Assembly: GCA_030611015.1 (NCBI GenBank)
Contig: JAUWQP010000003.1
Coordinates: forward strand, 1-41,486
Length of the DNA stretch: 41,486 nt
Direction of reading: 5' to 3'
Origin: Chloroflexota bacterium
GTDB lineage: Bacteria; Chloroflexota; Dehalococcoidia; GIF9; AB-539-J10
The translations under genes were made by a program, and so were the position numbers. A model generated the notes under the pieces. The model ran no database searches, was not told the origin of the DNA, and saw only the letters and a program-made list of their open reading frames with translations. Shown one piece after another: positions 27,820-36,397 of this stretch. Every line of letters starts with the position of its first letter. Position 1 is the stretch's first letter.

Positions 27820-29379
27820 ATGGGCAAGATTATTATTGATCCGGTAACTCGTATTGAGGGACATCTTAAAGTTGAAGCGGTAGTCGATGATGGCAAGGTA
27901 AAGGAGGCTAAGAGTTCGGGGATGCTGTTCCGCGGTTTAGAGCTTATTATGAGGGGCAGGGACCCCCGTGATGCCCAGCGGATAACTCAGCGTATTTGTG
28001 GAGTTTGCCCAACAAGTCATTCTATTGCCGCTGCTTTAAACCTGGATAGCGCTTTTGACATCGCTGACAAAATTCCCGACAACGGCAGAATTATCCGCAA
28101 TCTAATTCTGGGGGCAGCGCATATTGCCGACCACATCCTTCACTTCTATCACTTGGTGGCTCTTGATTATGTAGATGTGGCTAGATTAGCAAAGTATGAG
28201 GGAAATAATCCCGCCTTAAATTCAATAAAGAGCTTTATTGCCCGTGGGGAACTAGGCCCGTTTGTACCTCGGTACGAAGGTGATTATCGCTTGCCCGACG
28301 AAGTTAATGAACAGGCAATAGCGCACTATGTCGCGGCATTTGACATGCGTCGTAAAGGCCAGGAGATGCTTGCGTTGTTCGGTGGTAAGATGCCTCACAA
28401 TATGGGAGTAATGCCTGGCGGAGTTGCCTCCGTACCCACGGTTGATAATATAACGTCTTTCCTGTGGAGGTTGAAGGAGCTTCAAGAGTTTATTGATAAT
28501 GTCTACCTGCCTGATGTACTGGCTGTAGCCGGGGTTTACTCAGATTATTTTGAGATTGGTCGTGGCTGTGGAAACCTGCTTGCTTATGGTTCCTATGAAC
28601 TAGATGGAAGAGAAGCAGACCTCACCAAGAGAAGCAGGTTTTTCAAGCCCGGGACCACCTCTACCAGTCTTAAGTTTAGTGAATTCGATCCAGCTAAAAT
28701 TACTGAGGAAGTGAAGCATTCTTGGTATGCTGATTCTATCAGTGGCAGACATCCCTCCCATGGAGATGTTGTTCTTGACGAAGAGAAGAAGGGGGCTTAT
28801 TCCTGGCTAAAATCACCTCGCTATGGTAGGGCGGTTTTTGAAGTTGGTCCCTTGGCTCGAATTATGGTCAATTATGCCGGTGGGAATCCCAGAGTCAAGA
28901 GCTTGGTTGACTCCACTTTGGAGCAAGTAAATCTAAAACCAAAAGATATGTTTTCTGTCATGGGGCGTAATCTTGCTCGAGCCTTGGAGACTAAACTCAT
29001 AGCCGATGCTATGGTCGACTGGGTCTTAGAGCTCAAGCCCGGTGAGCCAGCTTATATAAGCTATAAACTCCCTGAGGAGTCTACTGGAATGGGACTGGTC
29101 GGTGCAGCGAGGGGTGCCCTGGGTCACTGGATAGAGATAAAAGAAGGCAAGATTGCTAATTACAAGGTCATCACCCCTTCTACCTGGAATATTTCTCCCA
29201 GGGATGATAAAAACCAACCTGGACCCTTGGAGCAGGCTATCACTGGAACTAAGATAAAGGATGAGGCTAATCCCTTTGAGATAGTGCGCATTGTGAGGGC
29301 TTTTGACCCTTGTCTCGCTTGTTCTGTACATTTGCTCAGTCCCAAAGGGCGTGACCTGGGGGAATTTAGGGTTTGTTAG
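27820..29379 (+). CDS. [NiFe] hydrogenase large subunit (group 1a-like, Cys form)
   Basis: IDPVTRIEGH, L1 QRICGVCPTSH, L2 AFDPCLACSVH plus cleavable tail; start set at ATG 27820 after gaggagg. Confidence 0.95.
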   Translation: MGKIIIDPVTRIEGHLKVEAVVDDGKVKEAKSSGMLFRGLELIMRGRDPRDAQRITQRICGVCPTSHSIAAALNLDSAFDIADKIPDNGRIIRNLILGAAHIADHILHFYHLVALDYVDVARLAKYEGNNPALNSIKSFIARGELGPFVPRYEGDYRLPDEVNEQAIAHYVAAFDMRRKGQEMLALFGGKMPHNMGVMPGGVASVPTVDNITSFLWRLKELQEFIDNVYLPDVLAVAGVYSDYFEIGRGCGNLLAYGSYELDGREADLTKRSRFFKPGTTSTSLKFSEFDPAKITEEVKHSWYADSISGRHPSHGDVVLDEEKKGAYSWLKSPRYGRAVFEVGPLARIMVNYAGGNPRVKSLVDSTLEQVNLKPKDMFSVMGRNLARALETKLIADAMVDWVLELKPGEPAYISYKLPEESTGMGLVGAARGALGHWIEIKEGKIANYKVITPSTWNISPRDDKNQPGPLEQAITGTKIKDEANPFEIVRIVRAFDPCLACSVHLLSPKGRDLGEFRVC

Positions 29380-29404
29380 TAAAAATTTGGAGGAAAGTTC
29401 AGGA

Positions 29405-29875
29405 ATGCGAAAATTTGTTCTGGGAATAGGGAATGTCTTGTTGGGAGACGAGGGAGTTGGTTGTCATGTGGTACATGCTTTGGAGGGAATCCCTCTACCC
29501 GATGTAAAAATAATAGACGGGGGGACGTGCCCCGATGCATTTCAGCTTCTTGAGGACGCTGATAAATTGGTCATAGTGGATGCTGTTAAGGGTGGGGGAA
29601 CGCCTGGACAAATTTACCGTTTTCACCTTGAGGATATAACTCTGGAGCAAAAGCCATTTCTATCGCTTCACGATGTAGGCTTGGTGGATAACTTAATGCT
29701 AATGAAGCTGTGGCGTAACATAGGTGAGGCCGTCATTATTGGAGTCGAGCCCAGGGAGATTAACTGGGGGTTAGAATTATCGCCGGAGCTTCAAGAGAAA
29801 ATGCCTCAGATAATAGAGACCATCTTGGCAGAGCTTAGTACCTCAGCTAACCTCTCCCTTGAGGGAGAGGAATAA
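29405..29875 (+). CDS. Hydrogenase maturation protease (HyaD/HybD family)
   Basis: LGIGNVLLGDEGVG, IDGGT, IVDAV, SLHD; start set at ATG 29405. Confidence 0.93.
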   Translation: MRKFVLGIGNVLLGDEGVGCHVVHALEGIPLPDVKIIDGGTCPDAFQLLEDADKLVIVDAVKGGGTPGQIYRFHLEDITLEQKPFLSLHDVGLVDNLMLMKLWRNIGEAVIIGVEPREINWGLELSPELQEKMPQIIETILAELSTSANLSLEGEE

Positions 29876-29900
29876 GGTGAGGGTTTAAAGGAGAGATGAA

Positions 29901-30557
29901 ATGTTGATTTCAAAGCAAAAACCACTTGAAGAAATCCTAAGCTATCTTGAGGGGGATAAGAGTGTCTTTCTAATTGGCTGTAAGGGTTGTGCCGAGGGGT
30001 GGGGGAGTGGAGGAGAAAAACAGGTAGCAGAAATGAAAAGCACTTTGCAGGAAGGGGGTAAAGCTGTCTCGGGTTCAGTAGTTGTTGATATGCTATGTGA
30101 TAGCACATTAACCAAGTTGAAATTCAGATCTTATAAAGAGGAAATTGCTGCTGCCGATTCTATCCTGGTTCTGACCGATGGGGCTGGAGTACAGACTGTA
30201 GCGGAAGCAGTGGATAAGGTAGTACATCCTGGCTGCAACACTCTGTCCTCAGGTGGTGCTCATGCCGAGTGGAAAGAAGCGGAGCGCTGCCTTGAGTGCG
30301 GTGATTGTATGCTGGAGTTTACTGGTGGCCTCTGTCCCATTGCCCGATGTTCCAAGCATCTGCTCAATGGTCCCTGTGGTGGCTCACAAGGTGGTAAATG
30401 TGAAGTTGATCCGGATATACCTTGCGTCTGGCAACAGATTGTCGATCGCCTTGCCAAACTGGGACAACTTGATAAATTGGAAAGGCTTGTGACACCAAAG
30501 AATTGGAGTGTGAGCCTTACATCAGGGCCGCCGGTCAAGAGGCTTTCCAAAATATGA
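29901..30557 (+). CDS. metV: Methylene-THF reductase Fe-S subunit (MTHFR C-terminal-domain protein)
   Basis: ERCLECGDC...GLCPIARCSKHLLNGPCGG...CEV...CVW; directly upstream of metF. Confidence 0.9.
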   Translation: MLISKQKPLEEILSYLEGDKSVFLIGCKGCAEGWGSGGEKQVAEMKSTLQEGGKAVSGSVVVDMLCDSTLTKLKFRSYKEEIAAADSILVLTDGAGVQTVAEAVDKVVHPGCNTLSSGGAHAEWKEAERCLECGDCMLEFTGGLCPIARCSKHLLNGPCGGSQGGKCEVDPDIPCVWQQIVDRLAKLGQLDKLERLVTPKNWSVSLTSGPPVKRLSKI

Positions 30558-30583
30558 CTATATGCAAAAAAATTGGAGGCGCA

Positions 30584-31501
30584 ATGAAGACGAAAAGCAA
30601 TTTAGAACGGGTACTGGAGGCTGGAGAGTTTGCTGTTACAGGTGAATTGGGACCGCCACAGAGTGCTGATCCGGAAGTAATCCGAACTAAAGCTAAGATA
30701 CTGAAAGACTATGTAGATGCCGTTAATGTCACCGATGGGCAGACAGCCGTAGTGCGCATGGCATCCTGGGCAGCTTGCCTTATAGGTAAGGAGGAAGGGT
30801 TGGAACATATTGTGCAGATGACCTGTCGTGACCGCAATCGCATTGCTCTTCAAATGGATGTTCTAGGTATAGCAGCGCTAGGCATAAATAACATATTGTG
30901 TCTCACGGGCGACCACCAAAAATTCGGCAATCATCCTATGGCTAAAGGTGTTTACGATATTGATTCTATTCAATTGGTTAGCATGGTGAAGGACATGCGG
31001 GACGAAAAGAAGTTTCAATGTGGCGAGGAAATGGCGGTTGAGCCTCGTATCTTCGTCGGGGCTGCTGCTAATCCCTTTGCCGACCCTTTTGAGTTTAGAG
31101 TGGCACGTCTTGCTAAGAAAGTATCAGCCGGGGCAGATTTTATTCAAACTCAGATTGTCTACAATGTGGATAAGTTCGCTGAATGGATGAAGATGACACG
31201 GGACAGAGGATTACATGAGAGGGTAAAGATACTTGCTGGTGTTGCTCCTATAAAGTCAGTGGGTGCTGCCAAATATATGAAGACCAGAGTGCCCGGAATG
31301 GATGTGCCTGACAGCATTGTTGAGCGGCTCCAAGGAGTGCCTAAGGAGCAAGTGTCCAAGGAGGGCATCAAGCTCTGCATTGATATTATCAATCAGGTGC
31401 GGGAAATTGAAGGTGTGGCGGGTATTCATCTCATGGCTATTGAGTGGGAGGAAGCAGTGCCTGAGATAGTGGAGGCGGCAGGCCTTTTGCCTCGCCCCTG
31501 A
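30584..31501 (+). CDS. metF: 5,10-methylenetetrahydrofolate reductase
   Basis: FAVTGELGPP, NVTD, QMTCRDRNRIALQ, LTGDH, KKVSAGADFIQTQ, GIHLMA; start set at ATG 30584 after ggagg. Confidence 0.94.
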   Translation: MKTKSNLERVLEAGEFAVTGELGPPQSADPEVIRTKAKILKDYVDAVNVTDGQTAVVRMASWAACLIGKEEGLEHIVQMTCRDRNRIALQMDVLGIAALGINNILCLTGDHQKFGNHPMAKGVYDIDSIQLVSMVKDMRDEKKFQCGEEMAVEPRIFVGAAANPFADPFEFRVARLAKKVSAGADFIQTQIVYNVDKFAEWMKMTRDRGLHERVKILAGVAPIKSVGAAKYMKTRVPGMDVPDSIVERLQGVPKEQVSKEGIKLCIDIINQVREIEGVAGIHLMAIEWEEAVPEIVEAAGLLPRP

Positions 31502-31512
31502 TTTGTCCCATA

Positions 31513-32160
31513 ATGAAAAATCGTCGTTCTTCACCACATGATTCCCGGGAGCACGGTTATGAACTCTCCTATAAGCTTGCTCGTGAGCAGTTGGCTAAAA
31601 GCAGCGATATACAAGAACAATGCCGTAAAAGCGGTGCGGAGTACGTAGAGCCCAACGAGATAGTTATTAATTATCTAAATCAGCCATATTACATTACCCT
31701 TCCTGATGTTGAAATATCGTTGCAGGATAGCAAAGTGAAAGTTCCTCTGAAGGACAAAATCCTGATACTTCACTATTTCACTGAGGCGAAGGGCACCCCG
31801 GCTACCGGTAAATTGATTACCTATAAACAGCTACCGGGAGGCGTTAGCTATTTCCCGGCATTTTCCCGAAGAGCGATAGCCCCTTTAGTAAACCACTTTG
31901 GTAAAAATCCTGAGCTGCTAATAAAGGCGGCAGCAAAGTTAGGAGAGCGTGGAGCAGACTACGGGGATGTATCTGTGAATGTCAATGCTTTCGACCATGT
32001 GCCGATAACCTTGGTTTTGTGGAGAGGCGATGAGGAGATTGCTTTCAATGGAAATATATTGTTCGATGCTAATATTTCTGATTATCTTTCCACCGAGGAT
32101 ATAACTGTGCTTAGTGAAACTATCATCTGGAAGCTAGTCAGAGAGATTTCCTCTGCTTAG
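31513..32160 (+). CDS. DUF3786-family protein (commonly found with acs/corrinoid clusters)
   Basis: ILILHY, ITYKQLPGG..YFPAF..RA, LWRGDEE, ILFDANI..YLSTED. Confidence 0.85.
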   Translation: MKNRRSSPHDSREHGYELSYKLAREQLAKSSDIQEQCRKSGAEYVEPNEIVINYLNQPYYITLPDVEISLQDSKVKVPLKDKILILHYFTEAKGTPATGKLITYKQLPGGVSYFPAFSRRAIAPLVNHFGKNPELLIKAAAKLGERGADYGDVSVNVNAFDHVPITLVLWRGDEEIAFNGNILFDANISDYLSTEDITVLSETIIWKLVREISSA

Positions 32161-32225
32161 CCGTTTTGGAGATGATAAGCAAGACATTGAGCATGCCAGA
32201 AGAAGCTTGCGAAAGGAGTTAGGCA

Positions 32226-35200
32226 ATGTTTGCGCAAGGTACGATTACGTTAAATGTTGATGGAAAATATATAGAAGCCAGACAGGGGCAAACGTTATTG
32301 GAGGCTGCCAGGGGTGCGGGAATTTATATTCCCAGTCTTTGCTACTATCCCGGTCTGAAACCTCTACCCAAGGTAATCCCTGACGAGGCTTGCCAGCTTT
32401 GTATAGTGGAAGCGAATGGTAACCTCGTCCTTTCCTGTGTAACTCCTGTCTCTGAGAAAATGGTAGTTAAGACAAAGACACCAAAGATACGAGAGCTACA
32501 GAAAAAAAATCTGCTTGCCATTTTAGTTAGACAACCTACCAATATATGCTTTGAAAAAAGGGATTGCGAGCTTCAAAAAGCCATCGACTATATTGGTTTA
32601 AAGGAGATACCTGTCCATGTTCCGAGATCTTTAGCTCCTTTAGAGGATAATCCCTTCTTCGCCCGTGATTCCAGTTTTTGCATTTTATGCAATCGCTGTC
32701 TTCGGGTATGTGATGAGATAAGAGGACTTGGGGTGATTGAAACTGCCTTTCCTTGTCAGGTAGCTTGTCCTGCCGGCATAGACATTCCTCGCTATATTCG
32801 TCTTATTGGAAGAGGGAAACCAAGTACAGCCTTGGCAGTAATAAGAGAGAAGGTTCCTTTTCCTGCCGTACTAGGTAGAATATGTGCTGCCCCGTGCCAG
32901 GAGGAATGCCGACGTGGCCGTGATGTGGATAAAGCATTACATATAAGAATGCTCAAGCGCTTTGCCGCTGATAAGGGTGATGATAGCTGGAAGAAGCAAG
33001 CGAAGTTGCTTCCGGCAACTGGTAAAAGTGTAGCAATAGTGGGGGCAGGACCGGGAGGGCTCACCTGTGCTTACTATCTGGCTAAGCTGGGACACAAGGT
33101 AACTGTGTTCGAAGCTCTCCCCGAGCCGGGTGGGATGATGCGGGTGGGGATTCCTGAGTATCGCCTTCCGCGGAATGTACTTCGCGATGAGATTCGAGAA
33201 ATTGAGACGCTGGGTGTGGAAATCAGATTGAACACTCGAGTTGAGTTCCTGGATTCCCTTTTTGAACAAGGGTACCAGGCGGTGTTTCTTGCCATCGGTG
33301 CTCATGAAGAGATGAAGCTTGGCGTTGAAGGCGAAGAATTGCCCGGGGTAATCGGCTGTGTGGAGTTCCTTCGTCGGTTTAATCTTAGTGAGGGAGTGGA
33401 GGTAGGCGATCGAGTGGGAGTGATTGGTGGTGGGAATGTTGCCATAGATTCTGCACGTGCTACTTTGCGGCTTGGTGCTAAGAGGATAACCATTTTCTAT
33501 CGCAGGACGAAGAATGAGATGCCGGCCCAACCGGAAGAGGTGGAACAAGCGCTGGAGGAGGGAGTTGAAGTCATCTTTCTAGTTGCTCCTTCGAAGATTC
33601 TCACGGAGGATGGTAGCCTGAAGCTGGAGTTGATCCGTATGAAGCTGGGAGAATCTGATTCCAGCGGTAGGCGACGGCCTGTTCCTATTAAGGGAAGCGA
33701 GTTTATTGCTGAGCTTGATACTTTAATTGCTGCCATCGGCGAACGACCAGAGGTTCCTGCCGACTTCCATGTCGAAGTAGGACGGGGAAATATCTTGAAT
33801 GTTAATGAAGACCTAAGTACGAGTCGAGAGGGTGTATTTGCCGGAGGCGATTGCGTGACTGGCCCGGCTTTGGTTATCAATGCTATTGCTGCGGGAAGGA
33901 AGGCAGCTCAATCCATTGACCGTTATCTTGGCGGCAAAGGAGATATTACAGAACATCTTGTTCCTGCTGAGGAGGCAACGGCTTGGTTAGAAGATTTAAC
34001 AGTAAGGGAAAGGCTGGCTACGCTGTCTCACCTTCCACCTGAAACACGTGTTAAGAGCCTTGCTGAGGTGGAGTATGGTCTGACCCGGGAAATGGCGGTT
34101 GCTGAAGCCCAACGCTGTCTCCAATGCCATGTTATTGCTCCTCTGGAAGGGCGAACCCTTCGCGAGGTTGACTGTAAGTTCTGCGGTGCCTGTGTTGACT
34201 CCTGCCCCACAGGTGCCCTTGCTGATTTGGCTACTCGCGGGATTGTCAAGCCCGACCGTGTGGTTACTACTATTTGTCCCTATTGTGGTGTCGGCTGTCA
34301 ACTCAAAATCGAGGTCAAGGATGAAAGGATAGTAGCTTCCAAACCTGATCCGGATGGTGTAGTCAATCATGGGCAGGCCTGTGTCAAAGGCCGGTATGGC
34401 ATCGCCGAGTTCGTCCATCATCATGATAGGTTGACCACTCCCCTGATAAGAAAGAAAGGAGAGTTGAAAGAGTCATCCTGGGACGAAGCACTGGAGCTGG
34501 TGGCGAAAGAACTGAAGCACTATACACCACAGGAAGTAGGGGTAATTACCTCAGCCAAGTGTACCAATGAAGAAAACTATGTTATACAAAAATTCGCCCG
34601 GGCCGTGCTGGGTACCAACAGTGTTGATCATTGTGCCCGACTATGTCACGCGCCCACTGTGACTGGCCTGGTTCAGAGCTTTGGCAGCGGAGCTATGACT
34701 AATTCCATCAGCGAAATTAGCGACGCTGCCTGTATTCTGGCTATCGGCACCAATACTACGGAGGCCCATCCTGTGATTGGCCTTGAGCTGAAAAAGGCAG
34801 TAAACAAGGGGGGGAAACTCATTGTAGCTGGCCCCCGAGAGATTGACCTCTGTCGCTTTGCCAGCCTCTGGCTCCGACATAATCCTGGCACAGATGTTGC
34901 TCTGCTTATGGGGATGATGCGAATTATAGTGGAGGAGAAGCTAGTTGACTCAGCCTTTATCGAGGAAAGGTGTGAGAACTTCGATGCGTTCAAGGAAACA
35001 TTGAAGTGTTTTGACCTTGATTTTGTCGAACAGGTTACCAAAGTACCAAAAGGCAAGATAATAGAAGCTGCTCGTATGTTTGCCAGCAATACTCCTGCCA
35101 CCATTCTCTATTCCATGGGTATTACTCAGCATTCCCATGGCACTGATAATGTGCTGGCTGTTGCCAACCTGGCAATGCTCACCGGGAACATAGGCAAGCC

Positions 35201-36275
35201 CTCAACCGGTGTTAATCCTCTCAGAGGTCAGAACAATGTCCAGGGTGCGTGCGATATGGGCGCCTTGCCTAACGTCTTTCCCGGCTATCAGGCAGTAAGT
35301 GATTCAGCTATCAGAGAGAAGTTTGAGGCTGCCTGGGGGTGTTCCTTATCTCCGTCTCCGGGGCTGACCCTGGTTGAGATGATTGAAGCTGCCTACCGTA
35401 AAGATATAAAGGCGGTTTACCTGGTTGGTGAGAACCCGGCATTAAGTGATCCTGATGTCCAGCATGTTCGGGAGGCATTATCGCAACTTGAGTTTTTGGT
35501 AGTCCAGGATATATTCCTTTCTGAGACAGCAGGATTTGCCCATGTTGTCCTGCCAGCGGCAAGCTTTGCCGAAAAGGATGGTACCTTCACCAACACTGAG
35601 CGCCGGGTGCAGCGAGTGAGGAAAGCTATCGAGCCAATCGGTGATTCCAAGCCCGATTGGTGGATTGTTTGCCAGATAGCCAAAAAATTAGAAGCCAAAG
35701 GCTTTGACTACAGCCATCCATTTGACATAATGGAAGAAATTCGTGATCTTACTCCTAGCTATGGTGGCATAGGTTACCAGAGATTAGAGAATGGTGGACT
35801 CCAGTGGCCTTGCCCTGTTGATGACCATCCAGGCACGCCGATATTACACACGAATATTTTTGTCAGGGGGAAAGGTAGATTCATTCCACTAAAATACATT
35901 CCGCCGGGGGAGATGCCAGATGAAAATTATCCTCTGATTCTCACCACAGGGCGCAGCTTGTATCATTTCCACACCGGGACTATGACCCGCAAGGTAGCTG
36001 GACTTAATACTATGGAGCCTGAAGGTGTAGTGGAAATCAGCCCCGAGGATGCTACGCAGCTTGGCATAGCCGAGGGTGATAAAGTTAAAGTCAGTTCCCG
36101 GCGCGGTGAAGTTATTGCTAAGGCCAAAGTAACTAAGGCAGTGCCCCCAGAAGTGGTGTTCATGACTTTCCATTTTGCCGAAAGTGCTGCTAATATTCTC
36201 ACCAATCCCGAACTCGACCCGGTAGCCAAGATTCCCGAGTTCAAAGTTGCAGCAGTTAGAGTGGAGAAGGTCTGA
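32226..36275 (+). CDS. fdhF: Formate dehydrogenase alpha subunit (Mo/W-bisPGD, Cys ligand) fused to N-terminal [2Fe-2S]/ferredoxin and GltD/NfnB-like FAD-NADP(H) domains
   Basis: [2Fe-2S] LC...ACQLC...SC; GltD-like PCQVACP, GAGPGG, GGGNVAIDSAR, YRRT, AGGD; Fdh CPYCGVGC, DHCARLCH, RGQNNVQG, FAEKDGTFTNTERR, LTTGR, KIPEFK. Confidence 0.93.
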   Translation: MFAQGTITLNVDGKYIEARQGQTLLEAARGAGIYIPSLCYYPGLKPLPKVIPDEACQLCIVEANGNLVLSCVTPVSEKMVVKTKTPKIRELQKKNLLAILVRQPTNICFEKRDCELQKAIDYIGLKEIPVHVPRSLAPLEDNPFFARDSSFCILCNRCLRVCDEIRGLGVIETAFPCQVACPAGIDIPRYIRLIGRGKPSTALAVIREKVPFPAVLGRICAAPCQEECRRGRDVDKALHIRMLKRFAADKGDDSWKKQAKLLPATGKSVAIVGAGPGGLTCAYYLAKLGHKVTVFEALPEPGGMMRVGIPEYRLPRNVLRDEIREIETLGVEIRLNTRVEFLDSLFEQGYQAVFLAIGAHEEMKLGVEGEELPGVIGCVEFLRRFNLSEGVEVGDRVGVIGGGNVAIDSARATLRLGAKRITIFYRRTKNEMPAQPEEVEQALEEGVEVIFLVAPSKILTEDGSLKLELIRMKLGESDSSGRRRPVPIKGSEFIAELDTLIAAIGERPEVPADFHVEVGRGNILNVNEDLSTSREGVFAGGDCVTGPALVINAIAAGRKAAQSIDRYLGGKGDITEHLVPAEEATAWLEDLTVRERLATLSHLPPETRVKSLAEVEYGLTREMAVAEAQRCLQCHVIAPLEGRTLREVDCKFCGACVDSCPTGALADLATRGIVKPDRVVTTICPYCGVGCQLKIEVKDERIVASKPDPDGVVNHGQACVKGRYGIAEFVHHHDRLTTPLIRKKGELKESSWDEALELVAKELKHYTPQEVGVITSAKCTNEENYVIQKFARAVLGTNSVDHCARLCHAPTVTGLVQSFGSGAMTNSISEISDAACILAIGTNTTEAHPVIGLELKKAVNKGGKLIVAGPREIDLCRFASLWLRHNPGTDVALLMGMMRIIVEEKLVDSAFIEERCENFDAFKETLKCFDLDFVEQVTKVPKGKIIEAARMFASNTPATILYSMGITQHSHGTDNVLAVANLAMLTGNIGKPSTGVNPLRGQNNVQGACDMGALPNVFPGYQAVSDSAIREKFEAAWGCSLSPSPGLTLVEMIEAAYRKDIKAVYLVGENPALSDPDVQHVREALSQLEFLVVQDIFLSETAGFAHVVLPAASFAEKDGTFTNTERRVQRVRKAIEPIGDSKPDWWIVCQIAKKLEAKGFDYSHPFDIMEEIRDLTPSYGGIGYQRLENGGLQWPCPVDDHPGTPILHTNIFVRGKGRFIPLKYIPPGEMPDENYPLILTTGRSLYHFHTGTMTRKVAGLNTMEPEGVVEISPEDATQLGIAEGDKVKVSSRRGEVIAKAKVTKAVPPEVVFMTFHFAESAANILTNPELDPVAKIPEFKVAAVRVEKV

Positions 36276-36289
36276 GCTCTTTCACTTCC

Positions 36290-36387
36290 TGTCATTCCGA
36301 ACGCGTTGGCTGGTCTCCACTCAGGCTAAACTCCGCAAAAAAGAAACGACGAGAAATGTCATTGTCAACGGCAGGGAAAGCAATCTC
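36290..36387. repeat. Degenerate REP-like element between convergent genes
   Basis: Two tgtcatt heads (36290, 36357), cactcaggctaaactccgc and terminal aagcaatctc, resembling the gtcattgcgag...gaagcaatc REP class; recognised by eye only. Confidence 0.35.
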
Positions 36388-36397
36388 TTGGACTGTT

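Noticed and set aside
29300-29345. Selenocysteine recoding in the hydrogenase L2 motif (and at the Fdh active site near 34644)
   Set aside because: Both codons are TGT (Cys); there is no in-frame TGA
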